Source of the DNA: Streptococcus phage vB_SbS-pSY22
Reading direction: 5' to 3' (one strand)
Length of the DNA stretch: 32,000 bases
Sequence record: PQ673863.1
Program-made: the position numbers and the translations under genes
In this document: positions 1-8,955 of the stretch, piece by piece
Layout of the letters: each line of letters starts with the position of its first letter
Position numbering within the stretch: position 1 is the stretch's first letter
Notes under the pieces: generated by a model
Database searches by the model: none
What the model was told of the DNA's origin: nothing
What the model saw: the letters and a program-made list of their open reading frames with translations, nothing else

Positions 1-9
1 ATTTTAAAA

Positions 10-1137
10 ATGGTAAAAGTAGCAAGTGGTCAAATCACAGTTGTTGACCTTTCAGACGCACCAGTTCTCAGTGCGTTTATCACAGCAAACAAATCAACAA
101 CGCAGCTTTACAATCAAACAGCTGCGTCTTACAATCCGTCTTACGCATCAAGTGCTCAAACGTTGACATTGAATCTTACCAAAGCTGGGTCGTCAGCAAC
201 GATTTTGAACAACGTCGGTAAAGTTAAATGGTATGTGGTTGACGGTGCAACTAAAACAGAAATCACGTCAACTACTAACAAGGATAACCAATATCTATCT
301 GGAACACATAACGAAAACTTAACGACAAAGGTCAATATCGACCCATCAAAAGGTTCAAAAAGATTCGAAGCGTCAGGAGTTTGGAAAGACCCGGTGACAG
401 ACCTAGACGTACAATTTCATGCGCAGATTGATTTGTTTGTTACTCAAATCGGTAGAGATAGCAATGTTTTGAATGTGTATGCCGGCAACGGAAATACGTT
501 TAGAAACAATCTACCTGCTAGTCTAACAGTCAACGCAGACTTGTACAAAGGCAACACGCTTTCGAACGATAACAAACAGTTCAAATTCTTCTATTTGGAC
601 ACAACAGTGACTGGAAGTTCATCAACTGGCTATGATAGTGACGGTGGAATCGGTTGGCACCTATGCTCATCAACTACGACTGGTCAAACGCCGAACGTAG
701 CACCAGGCACGAACACAACCAGCCAAGGTATTTTGACAGTGACACCTGCAGCAGTCGTTGACGCGCAAACATATAAGGTTGTATGTATTGATAAATCAAG
801 CGGTGGCAACAGTGGTCAAGAATCGACTGGTAACTGCACAATCGTTGACATGTCAGACCCTGTCCAACTCATCATTGAGTCAAGTGCTGGTAACATTTTC
901 AAAAACGGAGAGGGTTCAACAGTGCTAAAAGCGCGACTTTATCAAAACGGTGAAGAACTTGACGCAGATGGCTCAGACAAGACTAAAACTTACAAATGGA
1001 GCAAGTTCAATAAAAACGGCGTGTTAGATACTAGCTTCGGTGGTTCAGGCAACCAATACAAGACTGGCAAGTCCATTACAGTAACTGCAAGTGAAATCAG
1101 CGCTAAGGCAACATATAATTGCGAAGTTTGGGAATAA
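10..1137 (+). CDS. Phage tail/baseplate structural protein with Ig-like repeats (true 5' end may lie left of the window)
   Basis: Long ORF directly upstream of the tail-fibre ORF and in frame to the window edge; Thr/Ser-rich beta-type repeats (GQITVVDLSD, CTIVDMSDPVQ). No ribosome-binding site can be seen because only 9 nt precede it. Confidence 0.6.
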   Translation: MVKVASGQITVVDLSDAPVLSAFITANKSTTQLYNQTAASYNPSYASSAQTLTLNLTKAGSSATILNNVGKVKWYVVDGATKTEITSTTNKDNQYLSGTHNENLTTKVNIDPSKGSKRFEASGVWKDPVTDLDVQFHAQIDLFVTQIGRDSNVLNVYAGNGNTFRNNLPASLTVNADLYKGNTLSNDNKQFKFFYLDTTVTGSSSTGYDSDGGIGWHLCSSTTTGQTPNVAPGTNTTSQGILTVTPAAVVDAQTYKVVCIDKSSGGNSGQESTGNCTIVDMSDPVQLIIESSAGNIFKNGEGSTVLKARLYQNGEELDADGSDKTKTYKWSKFNKNGVLDTSFGGSGNQYKTGKSITVTASEISAKATYNCEVWE

Positions 1138-1155
1138 TGGAAGGAGACATAAAAC

Positions 1156-1305
1156 ATGATTAAAGCAGATGTGGTTATCGCAGAGCAACGTCAAATTATT
1201 GACGTGCCCGTTATGACGAAATCCGAGGCTATCCGCGTTATTTTTAATACATACGGCATTTCGACAGAAATCAAAAGATGGATTGAAGATACAGATGAGG
1301 TATAA
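1156..1305 (+). CDS. Small phage protein (49 aa) between tail genes
   Basis: MIKADVVIAEQRQIIDVPVMTKSEAIRVIFNTYGISTEIKRWIEDTDEV*, preceded by AAGGAGA and ending 1 nt before the ATG of the next gene. Not in the supplied ORF track because of its length. Confidence 0.7.
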   Translation: MIKADVVIAEQRQIIDVPVMTKSEAIRVIFNTYGISTEIKRWIEDTDEV

Positions 1306-1306
1306 G

Positions 1307-4300
1307 ATGAACAAATTAATAGCAAAGAATCAACTGACAGTGACGAATCTGCTGGAGCGAGCGGAGACGAGAAGGGAGACATTCTACAAGCTAACGAATA
1401 GTGCTGACGTCCCAACTGCGCCGAGCGGAAACAGAAACCTAGCGCTTGGAACAAGCGGCGAATGGTCTGAACTCGCTCAATATTTTCGTGGAAGTACAAA
1501 TGAAACAAGGTTTTTGTACGTTGTAAAAAAAGCTGGCATGCAAATTGGTGACACGATACAGTTGAGAGCAGTTTTAAAATACGACAATATTGTCCCTGTT
1601 GAGGGCAAGACAGTCCAAGCTTGGGCACAAACCGAAGGAAACACCACGCATTGGAACAACGGTCGAATTAATTCGACGCAGCACGTTGATATAGTAGGAA
1701 GCGGTGAGATGGTACTTACATCGACAACGACTGTAGACGAGAATCATATGTTAAATGATTCTTGGAATTTTATGGTTAGATTTGATTACGTTGCTAGCGG
1801 CACTGCTCAAATCAAAGAGCTAAAAGTCGAAGTCGGCGATCTACCCACACCTTACAACCAAGCTCCGGAAGACCTAGGCTGGTCGGCAACTGCGCTAGTT
1901 CCAACACAACAACAGCGTTATCTTTGGAAATTTGAATACGTCTACTATTCAGACGACTCGGTTGAAATCACACAGCCAGTTAATCTATCAATAGCTGGCG
2001 CTGACGCTGATACGACAGGTATTACTGACGCGATTAACCAAACAAATCAAACGGTTACTAGTTTGCAAAACAGTGTCTCACAAGCTCAAAGCGATTTAGC
2101 GACTGTGTCTAGCAACCTAACACAAGCACGTCAAGATTTGGAAAGTTCGATTGCGTCCGTCAATACTAAAGCACAAGCGGTTGAAACCGCCCTCGCGCAA
2201 GTACAGTCAACAGCTAATGCCAACAGCCAAAAAACGGCAACACTGGAAAACGATTTGGACGGGTTGAGTGCGAGATTTAGTAGTTTAAAAATTGGCGCAG
2301 TCAACTTGCTTAAGAATTCGAAAGTTTTCAAAGGCTCGAACATCACAGGTTCATCAACGATTTTGAGTGAAACCTATCAAGGTTGCGCAGTCCGTTATTT
2401 TAAAAACACAAATCCGAATTCAAGTTATCAAGATGTTGTTCAATTCAATAATATTGTCAATCCGAAAGTTAATAGCACTTATACAATTAGCTTTTGGGCT
2501 AAAGGAAGTGGAACTATTTCAACTTTCTTTCATGGTCCGCAAAACTTCTTGCCTGTAGCCAGTGGCTATACAAGTCAAGAGAGAACAACAATTTCGGGTG
2601 ACGGTAATGTTAAATTTAATCTATCAGACGATTGGGAACGCTATTGGGTCGTTTACAAGCTCAAAAATACTTATCCGACAAGTGATACGACGGTGTCAAA
2701 ACACTTGCTATTCCGTCACGACAACAACAACACTGAAGAAGAAACATACTTAGCAGGCGTTAAGCTTGAAGAGGGCAATGTCGCAACAGACTACAGTCCG
2801 AATGAAGCTGACATCGAGCAAAAAGTGGCTGATTACAAACAAACCGTAGACCAGAACTACGCAAGCTTGCAAAGTACTGTACAAGCCTTAGATGGCACGG
2901 TGACAGCTAACAAAGCCACTGCTGATCAGACAGCAGCAGGCTTCAAAACACGTATTGAATCGTTGGAAACATATCAATCTGGTGAATCGACACGAGCTAA
3001 CCAATATTTCGAGAGTGCCAAGACCGAAACAGCGCGTCAACTTACTGCAGAACGCACAGCAATTGCTAACGATTACGTAGCTAAGTCCACGTACACTAGC
3101 GACGTGACTGGCTTGCGTAACGATTTAACAGCAACGACCACGACAGCAAACACGACTAAAACTAATCTTGCTAGCTATCAAGCGTCAAATGACCAAGCAG
3201 TGGCTAGCTTGCAATCTAGTTTACAAACTACGAACGGAAATGTGAGCAGTCTACAAACGCAAATCAATGCAGTGCCTGGCCAAATCACAAGTGCTGTTAG
3301 TGCTGTCGAAGGCAAGATTCCGACGTCTGTTGGCGCAGTGAACTTGTTAAAAAACACAAAAACATTTACTGGTTCAAACATCACTGGTGTGTCAACAGTC
3401 TTGAGCGAAACATATCAAGGCTGCGCTGTGAGGTATTTTAAGAACACAAATCCAAATTCGAATCTTCAAGATTTCGCGCAATACTTGATGTGTGTAGTCC
3501 CAAATTCAGAAAGCGAATACGTTGTAAGCTTTTGGGCGAAAGGCAGCGGAACGACCAGAGTGTTCTTTTACAATGGATTGCCCGTCGACAGTTTTGTTAC
3601 AAGTCAAGGCATTTCAGAGAGCCGTGGTGATGGACGTGCAACTTTTACTTTGACGGACGATTGGCAACGGTATTGGGTTAAATACAAGCTACGGGCGACT
3701 GCCGAACAGCAAACCGTGGCAAAAAACCTGCTTTTTCGACATGATAATAACAGCACCGAAGACGAAATCTATCTGGCGGGTGTGCAGTTGGAAAATGGTA
3801 ATGTTGTTAGCGGGTACAGCCCGAGCCCTGAAGATTACGATGCTGCTCTCACGCAAGCCAAGTCCGAAATCAAACAAACGACTGACACAATCACAGCGAG
3901 CGTCTCAAGCGTTGAAACCAAAGCAGATAATGCACAAACGACTGCAAACAGCGCCGTCTCAAAAGCTAACGCGGCACAAACAGCAGTCAATACATTAGAC
4001 AGCGAAGCCGTCAAATCAGCTAGCTTGAATCTTGATAATAACGGATTCGTAACAAAAGTTGGTAAAACCATCGATGGCAACAAATTTGCGACCATGATCG
4101 CGCAAAATGCTAACAACGTCAAAATCATCGCTGATGAAATGCAAGTCACTGCTGACATGATTGTCGACGGTGCTGTAACGGCCGAGAAGCTAGACGTCAA
4201 TAATTTGTCAGCTGTTAATTCTGATTTAGGTGAAATCAAAGGCGGCTCATTGCTCTTGCAAGAGGACAAGTTGGCAGGTAGCGCGACTGATAGTTGGGGA

Positions 4301-4882
4301 ACTTACGACCGTCCAGCATACAAGCAAGGCCTTTTCCTTGATAACCGCGCTTTTGCTTCATCTGGTGCGATTCAGCGGAAGAACGGCGGCGAAACAAGGC
4401 CAACGGATATGCCCTTGGCAGTTCTACAATCTGGTGAACTTCGTTTCCTTGTTGTCGATTATAATGACAATCTTAAAAACGTAGTGCATTATGGATTATC
4501 TGACCCCGATTTTGGCGCAATTCGCTTTGAAATTGACAGCGAGTTAAAACGCCGTTTGACCATGACATCGTCAGGCTATTTGAACTTTCAAGCGTCTAAC
4601 TACACGGATTGGACATCGACAGGTGTTAGCGGTTGCGAATACATGATTCAAGGTCGCTTGGTAGTCGTTAACTATGACGTAACGTTTAATAGTGCAGGCA
4701 CGCACACGATTGGCGGCATACCGCAAGAATTTACGAAAAAAACCTTGATGATGACAGCGAAAGCATGGTCAGTTATGCCAGACCGCGATAGGAATATTCA
4801 ACTTAACGCTGACGGCGGATTGCACATTTTGAACGCTGAAGCTAACGTCAATTATCGCGGCACTTTAGTATTTAGTTATTAA
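1307..4882 (+). CDS. Tail fibre / receptor-binding protein with internally duplicated carbohydrate-binding-like module and coiled coils
   Basis: Start at 1307 (MNKLIAKNQLTVTN) in frame in the 1283 ORF. Long Ala/Gln/Thr-rich coiled coils, beta-rich modules, and position before the holin/lysin cassette. Confidence 0.8.
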   Translation: MNKLIAKNQLTVTNLLERAETRRETFYKLTNSADVPTAPSGNRNLALGTSGEWSELAQYFRGSTNETRFLYVVKKAGMQIGDTIQLRAVLKYDNIVPVEGKTVQAWAQTEGNTTHWNNGRINSTQHVDIVGSGEMVLTSTTTVDENHMLNDSWNFMVRFDYVASGTAQIKELKVEVGDLPTPYNQAPEDLGWSATALVPTQQQRYLWKFEYVYYSDDSVEITQPVNLSIAGADADTTGITDAINQTNQTVTSLQNSVSQAQSDLATVSSNLTQARQDLESSIASVNTKAQAVETALAQVQSTANANSQKTATLENDLDGLSARFSSLKIGAVNLLKNSKVFKGSNITGSSTILSETYQGCAVRYFKNTNPNSSYQDVVQFNNIVNPKVNSTYTISFWAKGSGTISTFFHGPQNFLPVASGYTSQERTTISGDGNVKFNLSDDWERYWVVYKLKNTYPTSDTTVSKHLLFRHDNNNTEEETYLAGVKLEEGNVATDYSPNEADIEQKVADYKQTVDQNYASLQSTVQALDGTVTANKATADQTAAGFKTRIESLETYQSGESTRANQYFESAKTETARQLTAERTAIANDYVAKSTYTSDVTGLRNDLTATTTTANTTKTNLASYQASNDQAVASLQSSLQTTNGNVSSLQTQINAVPGQITSAVSAVEGKIPTSVGAVNLLKNTKTFTGSNITGVSTVLSETYQGCAVRYFKNTNPNSNLQDFAQYLMCVVPNSESEYVVSFWAKGSGTTRVFFYNGLPVDSFVTSQGISESRGDGRATFTLTDDWQRYWVKYKLRATAEQQTVAKNLLFRHDNNSTEDEIYLAGVQLENGNVVSGYSPSPEDYDAALTQAKSEIKQTTDTITASVSSVETKADNAQTTANSAVSKANAAQTAVNTLDSEAVKSASLNLDNNGFVTKVGKTIDGNKFATMIAQNANNVKIIADEMQVTADMIVDGAVTAEKLDVNNLSAVNSDLGEIKGGSLLLQEDKLAGSATDSWGTYDRPAYKQGLFLDNRAFASSGAIQRKNGGETRPTDMPLAVLQSGELRFLVVDYNDNLKNVVHYGLSDPDFGAIRFEIDSELKRRLTMTSSGYLNFQASNYTDWTSTGVSGCEYMIQGRLVVVNYDVTFNSAGTHTIGGIPQEFTKKTLMMTAKAWSVMPDRDRNIQLNADGGLHILNAEANVNYRGTLVFSY

Positions 4883-4905
4883 TTTTTTTAAAAAGGAGAT
4901 ATATT

Positions 4906-5241
4906 ATGGCAACAACAGAACTTATTAATGTAGACGAAATCACTCAACCATTTGGCTTATCGCAAGCTTTGACTTACATGGAAGAAAACGGCGAATACGT
5001 GCGCTACATCGCAGGAAACTACGACTTGTACATGCATATCGAACACGAACGCAAGCCGGTCGTCATTAATGGCAAACGTCAGCTTAAAGAATTTAGCAAA
5101 GTTGTTGGCATTTCGAAGTTTGGCGGGTCAATCCTTAGCTTGCCAATCGCTGATTTCGTCGATGCTAAATGCTACATCATGCAATTTGACGAAGATGGTA
5201 ATCCAATCTGGGACTTACCAGAAACAGACGCAGCTGAATAG
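4906..5241 (+). CDS. Hypothetical phage protein between tail fibre and lysis genes
   Basis: 111 aa ORF preceded by AAAAGGAGA. Confidence 0.7.
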   Translation: MATTELINVDEITQPFGLSQALTYMEENGEYVRYIAGNYDLYMHIEHERKPVVINGKRQLKEFSKVVGISKFGGSILSLPIADFVDAKCYIMQFDEDGNPIWDLPETDAAE

Positions 5242-5266
5242 CTAGCTTAGGAAGTGAGAGGAGATT

Positions 5267-5491
5267 ATGCATGTCGAAATTTTAACGGGAGTTTTCTCAT
5301 TGATTGCGAGTTTAGTCGGAACGTTTGGCGGTATTATCACGAGCACCAAATTAACTAACTATCAAATCAACGAGCTTAAAAAGCAGGTTGATAAGCACAA
5401 CAGCGTCATCGAGCGCACGTTTAGGCTGGAAGAACACAGTCGATACGTCGATGAACGCATTGCACGTTTGGAAAGTGAGGTTGAAAAATGA
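5267..5491 (+). CDS. Small membrane protein with N-terminal TM and C-terminal coiled coil, lysis-module associated
   Basis: Hydrophobic N terminus (LTGVFSLIASLVGTFGGI), charged coiled-coil C terminus; overlaps the holin start. Confidence 0.65.
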   Translation: MHVEILTGVFSLIASLVGTFGGIITSTKLTNYQINELKKQVDKHNSVIERTFRLEEHSRYVDERIARLESEVEK

Positions 5492-5685
5492 AACGTTATT
5501 TTGAAAAATTAGGAATCAAAGTTTTAAAAACCATGGCGCAATCAGCAGTCGGCGTCATCGGTGCTAGTACGTTAATTACGCAAGTAGATTGGAGAGTGGT
5601 TGTTTCAACCGCTCTTTTATCTGGGCTTGTTTGTGTTTTGACAAATTTGTCTGATCTAAAGGAGGAAGATGTCGATGAAGATTAA
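5488..5685 (+). CDS. Holin (r1t-like small holin family)
   Basis: 65 aa, two hydrophobic segments ([33 protein letters not shown]), acidic C terminus, directly upstream of endolysin. Confidence 0.8.
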   Translation: MKRYFEKLGIKVLKTMAQSAVGVIGASTLITQVDWRVVVSTALLSGLVCVLTNLSDLKEEDVDED

Positions 5686-6949
5686 ACGACTTTTAGCAGG
5701 TGCATTGCTAAGCGCTAGCTTATTAATGCAATCAACAGCTTACGCTGCGGTTGGTGACCAAGGCGTGGACTGGTCTCGCTATCAAGGCCAAAACGGTATT
5801 TTTGGTTATGGCCATGATAAGTTTGCTATTTGCCAAATCGGTGGCGTGAATGGCAGCGGCATGTATGGTCAGACGACATATGAAACGCAAGTTGCTTCAG
5901 CTATTGCTCAAGGCAAACGCGCACATACTTATATTTGGTATCAAGTTGGCGGAAACGCTAGCCTTGGTGAACAAGTGTTAAATACATTCTTGCCACAGGT
6001 TCAGACGCCTAAAGGCTCAATTGTGGCTTTAGACTACGAAAGCGGCGCTAGTGCTGACAAGCAAGCGAATACTAACGCTATTCTGCATGGCATGCGCATG
6101 ATTAAGGCAGCAGGCTATACGCCTATGTATTATTCGTACAAGCCTTACACAGTCGCTAACGTGTACGCGGACCAAATCATCCGTGAGTTTCCAAATTCGC
6201 TTTGGATGGCTGCTTATCCTAATTACGCAGTAACACCAGCACCAAATTACAACGTATTTCCATCAATGGACGGTGTGGCGATTTATCAATTTACATCGAC
6301 TTATATTGCAGGCGGTTTGGACGGTAACGTCGATTTAACTGGTATTACCGACAATGGCTACACTAAACACGATAATCCTAAAACTAACACACCAGCTATT
6401 AGTCAAGGTCAACAAGCGGACAATACGCCAAAATCAGACATTGCTAACGGCAACCAAGTCAAAGTTAAGTTTAGTGCAAACGCATGGGCTACTGGTCAAG
6501 GTATTCCAAGCTGGGTTAAAGGCAGAACATACAGTGTAGCGCAAGTGTCTGGCAATCGTGTATTGCTAGCTGGTATCAATTCATGGATCAATAAGGCAGA
6601 TGTTGAAATTATTTCAGTGTCATCTGCACCAGTTCAAGCACCAGCACAAGCAACGTACACAGTACGCTCTGGCGACACATTATCTAGCATTGCCGCAAGA
6701 TTTGGCACTAGCTATCAAACACTAGCAAGCTTGAATGGCATTGCTAATCCAAATCTTATCTACGTCGGACAAGTATTGCGTGTCAATGGTTCAGCAAATA
6801 CTGGTTCGGTTTACTACACTGTTCGTGCAGGTGATAACCTATCAGCTATCGCTAATCGATATGGCACAAGCTACCAAGCAATCGCAGCTTTAAACGGTCT
6901 TGCTAATCCAAACTTGATTTACGCAGGACAAACACTTAAAATAAAATAA
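5675..6949 (+). CDS. Endolysin: signal peptide + GH25 muramidase + SH3-like region + two LysM domains
   Basis: N-terminal [26 protein letters not shown] secretion signal; GH25 features ([16 protein letters not shown]); two repeats [21 protein letters not shown] and [29 protein letters not shown] (5658-5665) fits ATG 5675 better than ATG 5669. Confidence 0.93.
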   Translation: MKIKRLLAGALLSASLLMQSTAYAAVGDQGVDWSRYQGQNGIFGYGHDKFAICQIGGVNGSGMYGQTTYETQVASAIAQGKRAHTYIWYQVGGNASLGEQVLNTFLPQVQTPKGSIVALDYESGASADKQANTNAILHGMRMIKAAGYTPMYYSYKPYTVANVYADQIIREFPNSLWMAAYPNYAVTPAPNYNVFPSMDGVAIYQFTSTYIAGGLDGNVDLTGITDNGYTKHDNPKTNTPAISQGQQADNTPKSDIANGNQVKVKFSANAWATGQGIPSWVKGRTYSVAQVSGNRVLLAGINSWINKADVEIISVSSAPVQAPAQATYTVRSGDTLSSIAARFGTSYQTLASLNGIANPNLIYVGQVLRVNGSANTGSVYYTVRAGDNLSAIANRYGTSYQAIAALNGLANPNLIYAGQTLKIK

Positions 6950-6961
6950 AGCACTTTAACA

Positions 6962-6988
6962 CCCTTGGAGTAATCCAAGGGCTTTTTT
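6962..6988 (+). terminator. Rho-independent terminator after endolysin
   Basis: CCCTTGGA (6962-6969) GTAA TCCAAGGG (6974-6981) then CTTTTTTT. Confidence 0.9.
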
Positions 6989-7044
6989 TGATATAATAGA
7001 ATCACGAAATAAGACTCGACTCTTAGCTCATGATTTGAGTTTAT

Positions 7045-7069
7045 GGCTAGCAAAAGCTAGCCCTTTTTT
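7045..7069 (+). terminator. Second rho-independent terminator downstream of endolysin
   Basis: GGCTAGC (7045-7051) AAAA GCTAGCC (7056-7062) followed by CTTTTTT. Confidence 0.85.
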
Positions 7070-7122
7070 GTTGCCATTAAAACGGACTTATTGGACAATT
7101 GTGGTTATAACAGAATTTGAAA

Positions 7123-7388
7123 ATGTCCCAAAAAAGATTTTTGTTTTATTTAGGGGCATTTTTGGGGCATAAGTTTAAAATTTACGTATTCTTATAATAA
7201 AATTTCATTAATGTTTTAAACGTATGTAACTTTATAATATAAGTTTTAAAGCTATTTTGTATGTATATAATAGTAGAAAACTTTAAAGACGCTGTAAAAT
7301 AATTAATATTTAAAAAGCCTATCATATCAAGCGTTGTAGCTTGTTTGATAGGCTTTTTTGAATGTTTTGGGGCATTTTTGGGGCATAA
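7123..7388. promoter_or_regulatory. Putative attP region with integrase arm-type binding sites
   Basis: Exact 20-bp direct repeat GGGGCATTTTTGGGGCATAA at 7153-7172 and 7369-7388; the second copy is the tandem 11-mer TTTTGGGGCAT x2 (7365-7386). Inverted near copy ATGTCCCAAAAAA at 7123-7135. Adjacent to the integrase stop codon. Confidence 0.65.
7312..7359. terminator. Bidirectional terminator between lysis module and integrase
   Basis: AAAAAGCCTATCA (7312-7324) pairs with TGATAGGCTTTTT (7346-7358), with an inner CAAGC/GCTTG stem; A-run on one side and T-run on the other. Confidence 0.85.
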
Positions 7389-8531
7389 TCAGTATTTTTC
7401 AAGTATATTTGTTACATCTGTTTTCATTTTTTGAGTTACGTGAGTGTAAATTTGAATAGTGGTTTTAGCATCAGAGTGCCCTACTCGCTCCATGATTGCT
7501 TTTAAGGGAGTTCCGTTTTCAGCAAGACGACTAACGAGGGTGTGCCTAAATATATGGCTAGTAATTTCTTTTGGAATTGGTTTTTCCAATCTTTGATTTG
7601 CTCGTTTAGCTGCTTCGTTAAATGAATTAGTTTGAATCGGGACACCATTTTTAGTGGTAAAAATGTATCCCATATCTTTAAAACGACGATTGGTATTCTT
7701 TTCAATCTCATTCATGAATTGGAATTCTTTAATGATTTCAATTTCTCGTTTTGTCATAAACGTTTCGCGATAGGAAGCGGGGGTTTTAGGAGAAGTTTTT
7801 TCGCCATTTTTATATCCATCAGTATGGTCATATGTTCCGTGTAGTTGAAGGACTTTAGTTTCAAAGTTGATGTTTTTAGGTTCTATACTGACAATTTCAC
7901 TTATTCGTCCACCATTTAAGCTTATAAACTCTGCTAATAAGGCAAGTCTATATGTGCTAGGTCTTCGTTTGAACTCTTTTAAAAATGGCTGGATTTCATC
8001 TTCTTCAAGATATTTTTGTTCGATTTTTTTCCAGTCTTCTAAAGTCTTTTTAGTCCTAGGGAGTTTTGCACGTCTGGCGGGATTATCTTGTATGATGTTT
8101 AACGATACAGCATAATCAAATACCTGATTAAGTAAGCTCTTATTTCGTTCTTTTTTGCTAGAGGAAACCTCTAAATTATCAAGGTAGCGCTGAACATATC
8201 TAGCATCAATTTTAGTAATTTTTACACCCAAGCCAAAACCATCTCTGACTTCAGCTACATTCCCTTTCAAAGAAGCAATAGATGACCGCTTTAACTCTTG
8301 TTTGTGAAAAGACCACCATTCATCAAATAGGTCTGTAAAGAGCATTTCAGACGATTTTAGAGTACTTAATTTCGCAGCTATTTTAGCTTGAAGTATTCTT
8401 TGTGCCTCTTTTCGTGCTCTTGGTGTGTCACGGTCCATCAATGTAGACACCTTTTTCCATTTTTGCGTGTATGGATCTTTATATCTTTCAACAAAATTTA
8501 TTTTTCCGCTTTTATGATGTTCTGACCACAT
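7389..8531 (-). CDS. int: Tyrosine recombinase / phage integrase
   Basis: C-terminal catalytic motifs (NGGRISEI, HIFRHTLVSRLAENG, MERVGHSDAKTTIQIYTHVT), N-terminal AP2-like and SAM-like domains. Start MWSEHHKSGKINF at 8531 has GAGGT upstream on the minus strand; the 37 aa upstream in the ORF track are probably untranslated. Confidence 0.95.
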   Translation of the reverse strand: MWSEHHKSGKINFVERYKDPYTQKWKKVSTLMDRDTPRARKEAQRILQAKIAAKLSTLKSSEMLFTDLFDEWWSFHKQELKRSSIASLKGNVAEVRDGFGLGVKITKIDARYVQRYLDNLEVSSSKKERNKSLLNQVFDYAVSLNIIQDNPARRAKLPRTKKTLEDWKKIEQKYLEEDEIQPFLKEFKRRPSTYRLALLAEFISLNGGRISEIVSIEPKNINFETKVLQLHGTYDHTDGYKNGEKTSPKTPASYRETFMTKREIEIIKEFQFMNEIEKNTNRRFKDMGYIFTTKNGVPIQTNSFNEAAKRANQRLEKPIPKEITSHIFRHTLVSRLAENGTPLKAIMERVGHSDAKTTIQIYTHVTQKMKTDVTNILEKY

Positions 8532-8662
8532 TGTTTTTACCTCACTTTTTTGATAAAATGGGTATAAGAAAAACGCCCATTTAATGGCTTTTTCTATACC
8601 AATTATTTTTATCCTCATGCTCCCGTCGCCAAACCAGAACATGAGGATTTTTTTATTTGCGT

Positions 8663-8932
8663 TTAAACAATTTTTTCAAATACCATTGTAGCTTGGATTC
8701 GGTCACCGCCACCAAAACCTTTGCTACCACCGTTAGTAGTAGTGATTGTGTGTAGGCGATAACCCTTTTTAACTTGTTTATTGATAACATTCTCTAATTC
8801 AGTCAAGTTTCCTGAACCAGTTCCGATAAATTTTTCTTTCAAAGTGACTTGAAGAACTACATAATGCAAGTTATCAAGTCCTGAAGCAGTTGAAAATGTG
8901 CTTTCTTCTTTTGCATTGCTAAATAATCCCAT
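8663..8932 (-). CDS. DUF4177-type small protein
   Basis: LHYVVLQVTLKEKF...NLTELENVINKQVKKGYRLHTITT...RIQATMVFEK pattern. Confidence 0.7.
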   Translation of the reverse strand: MGLFSNAKEESTFSTASGLDNLHYVVLQVTLKEKFIGTGSGNLTELENVINKQVKKGYRLHTITTTNGGSKGFGGGDRIQATMVFEKIV

Positions 8933-8955
8933 TTTTCTTCTCCTTATATGAATGA

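Noticed and set aside
1045-4269. Minus-strand ORFs 1045-1314, 1191-1628, 1477-1659, 2131-2346, 3178-3384, 3689-3877, 3835-4269
   Set aside because: They lie antisense to the tail-fibre gene region, mostly inside the convincing + strand CDS, lack ribosome-binding sites and domain signatures, and look like compositional by-products of repetitive coding DNA.
6644-6949. LysM repeats as a novel repeat element
   Set aside because: The two copies are ordinary tandem LysM cell-wall-binding domains of the endolysin.
8532-8642. N-terminal 37-aa extension of the integrase ORF (MFWFGDGSMRIKIIG...)
   Set aside because: No homology-like features; the start at 8531 has a GAGGT ribosome-binding site and gives a standard integrase N terminus.
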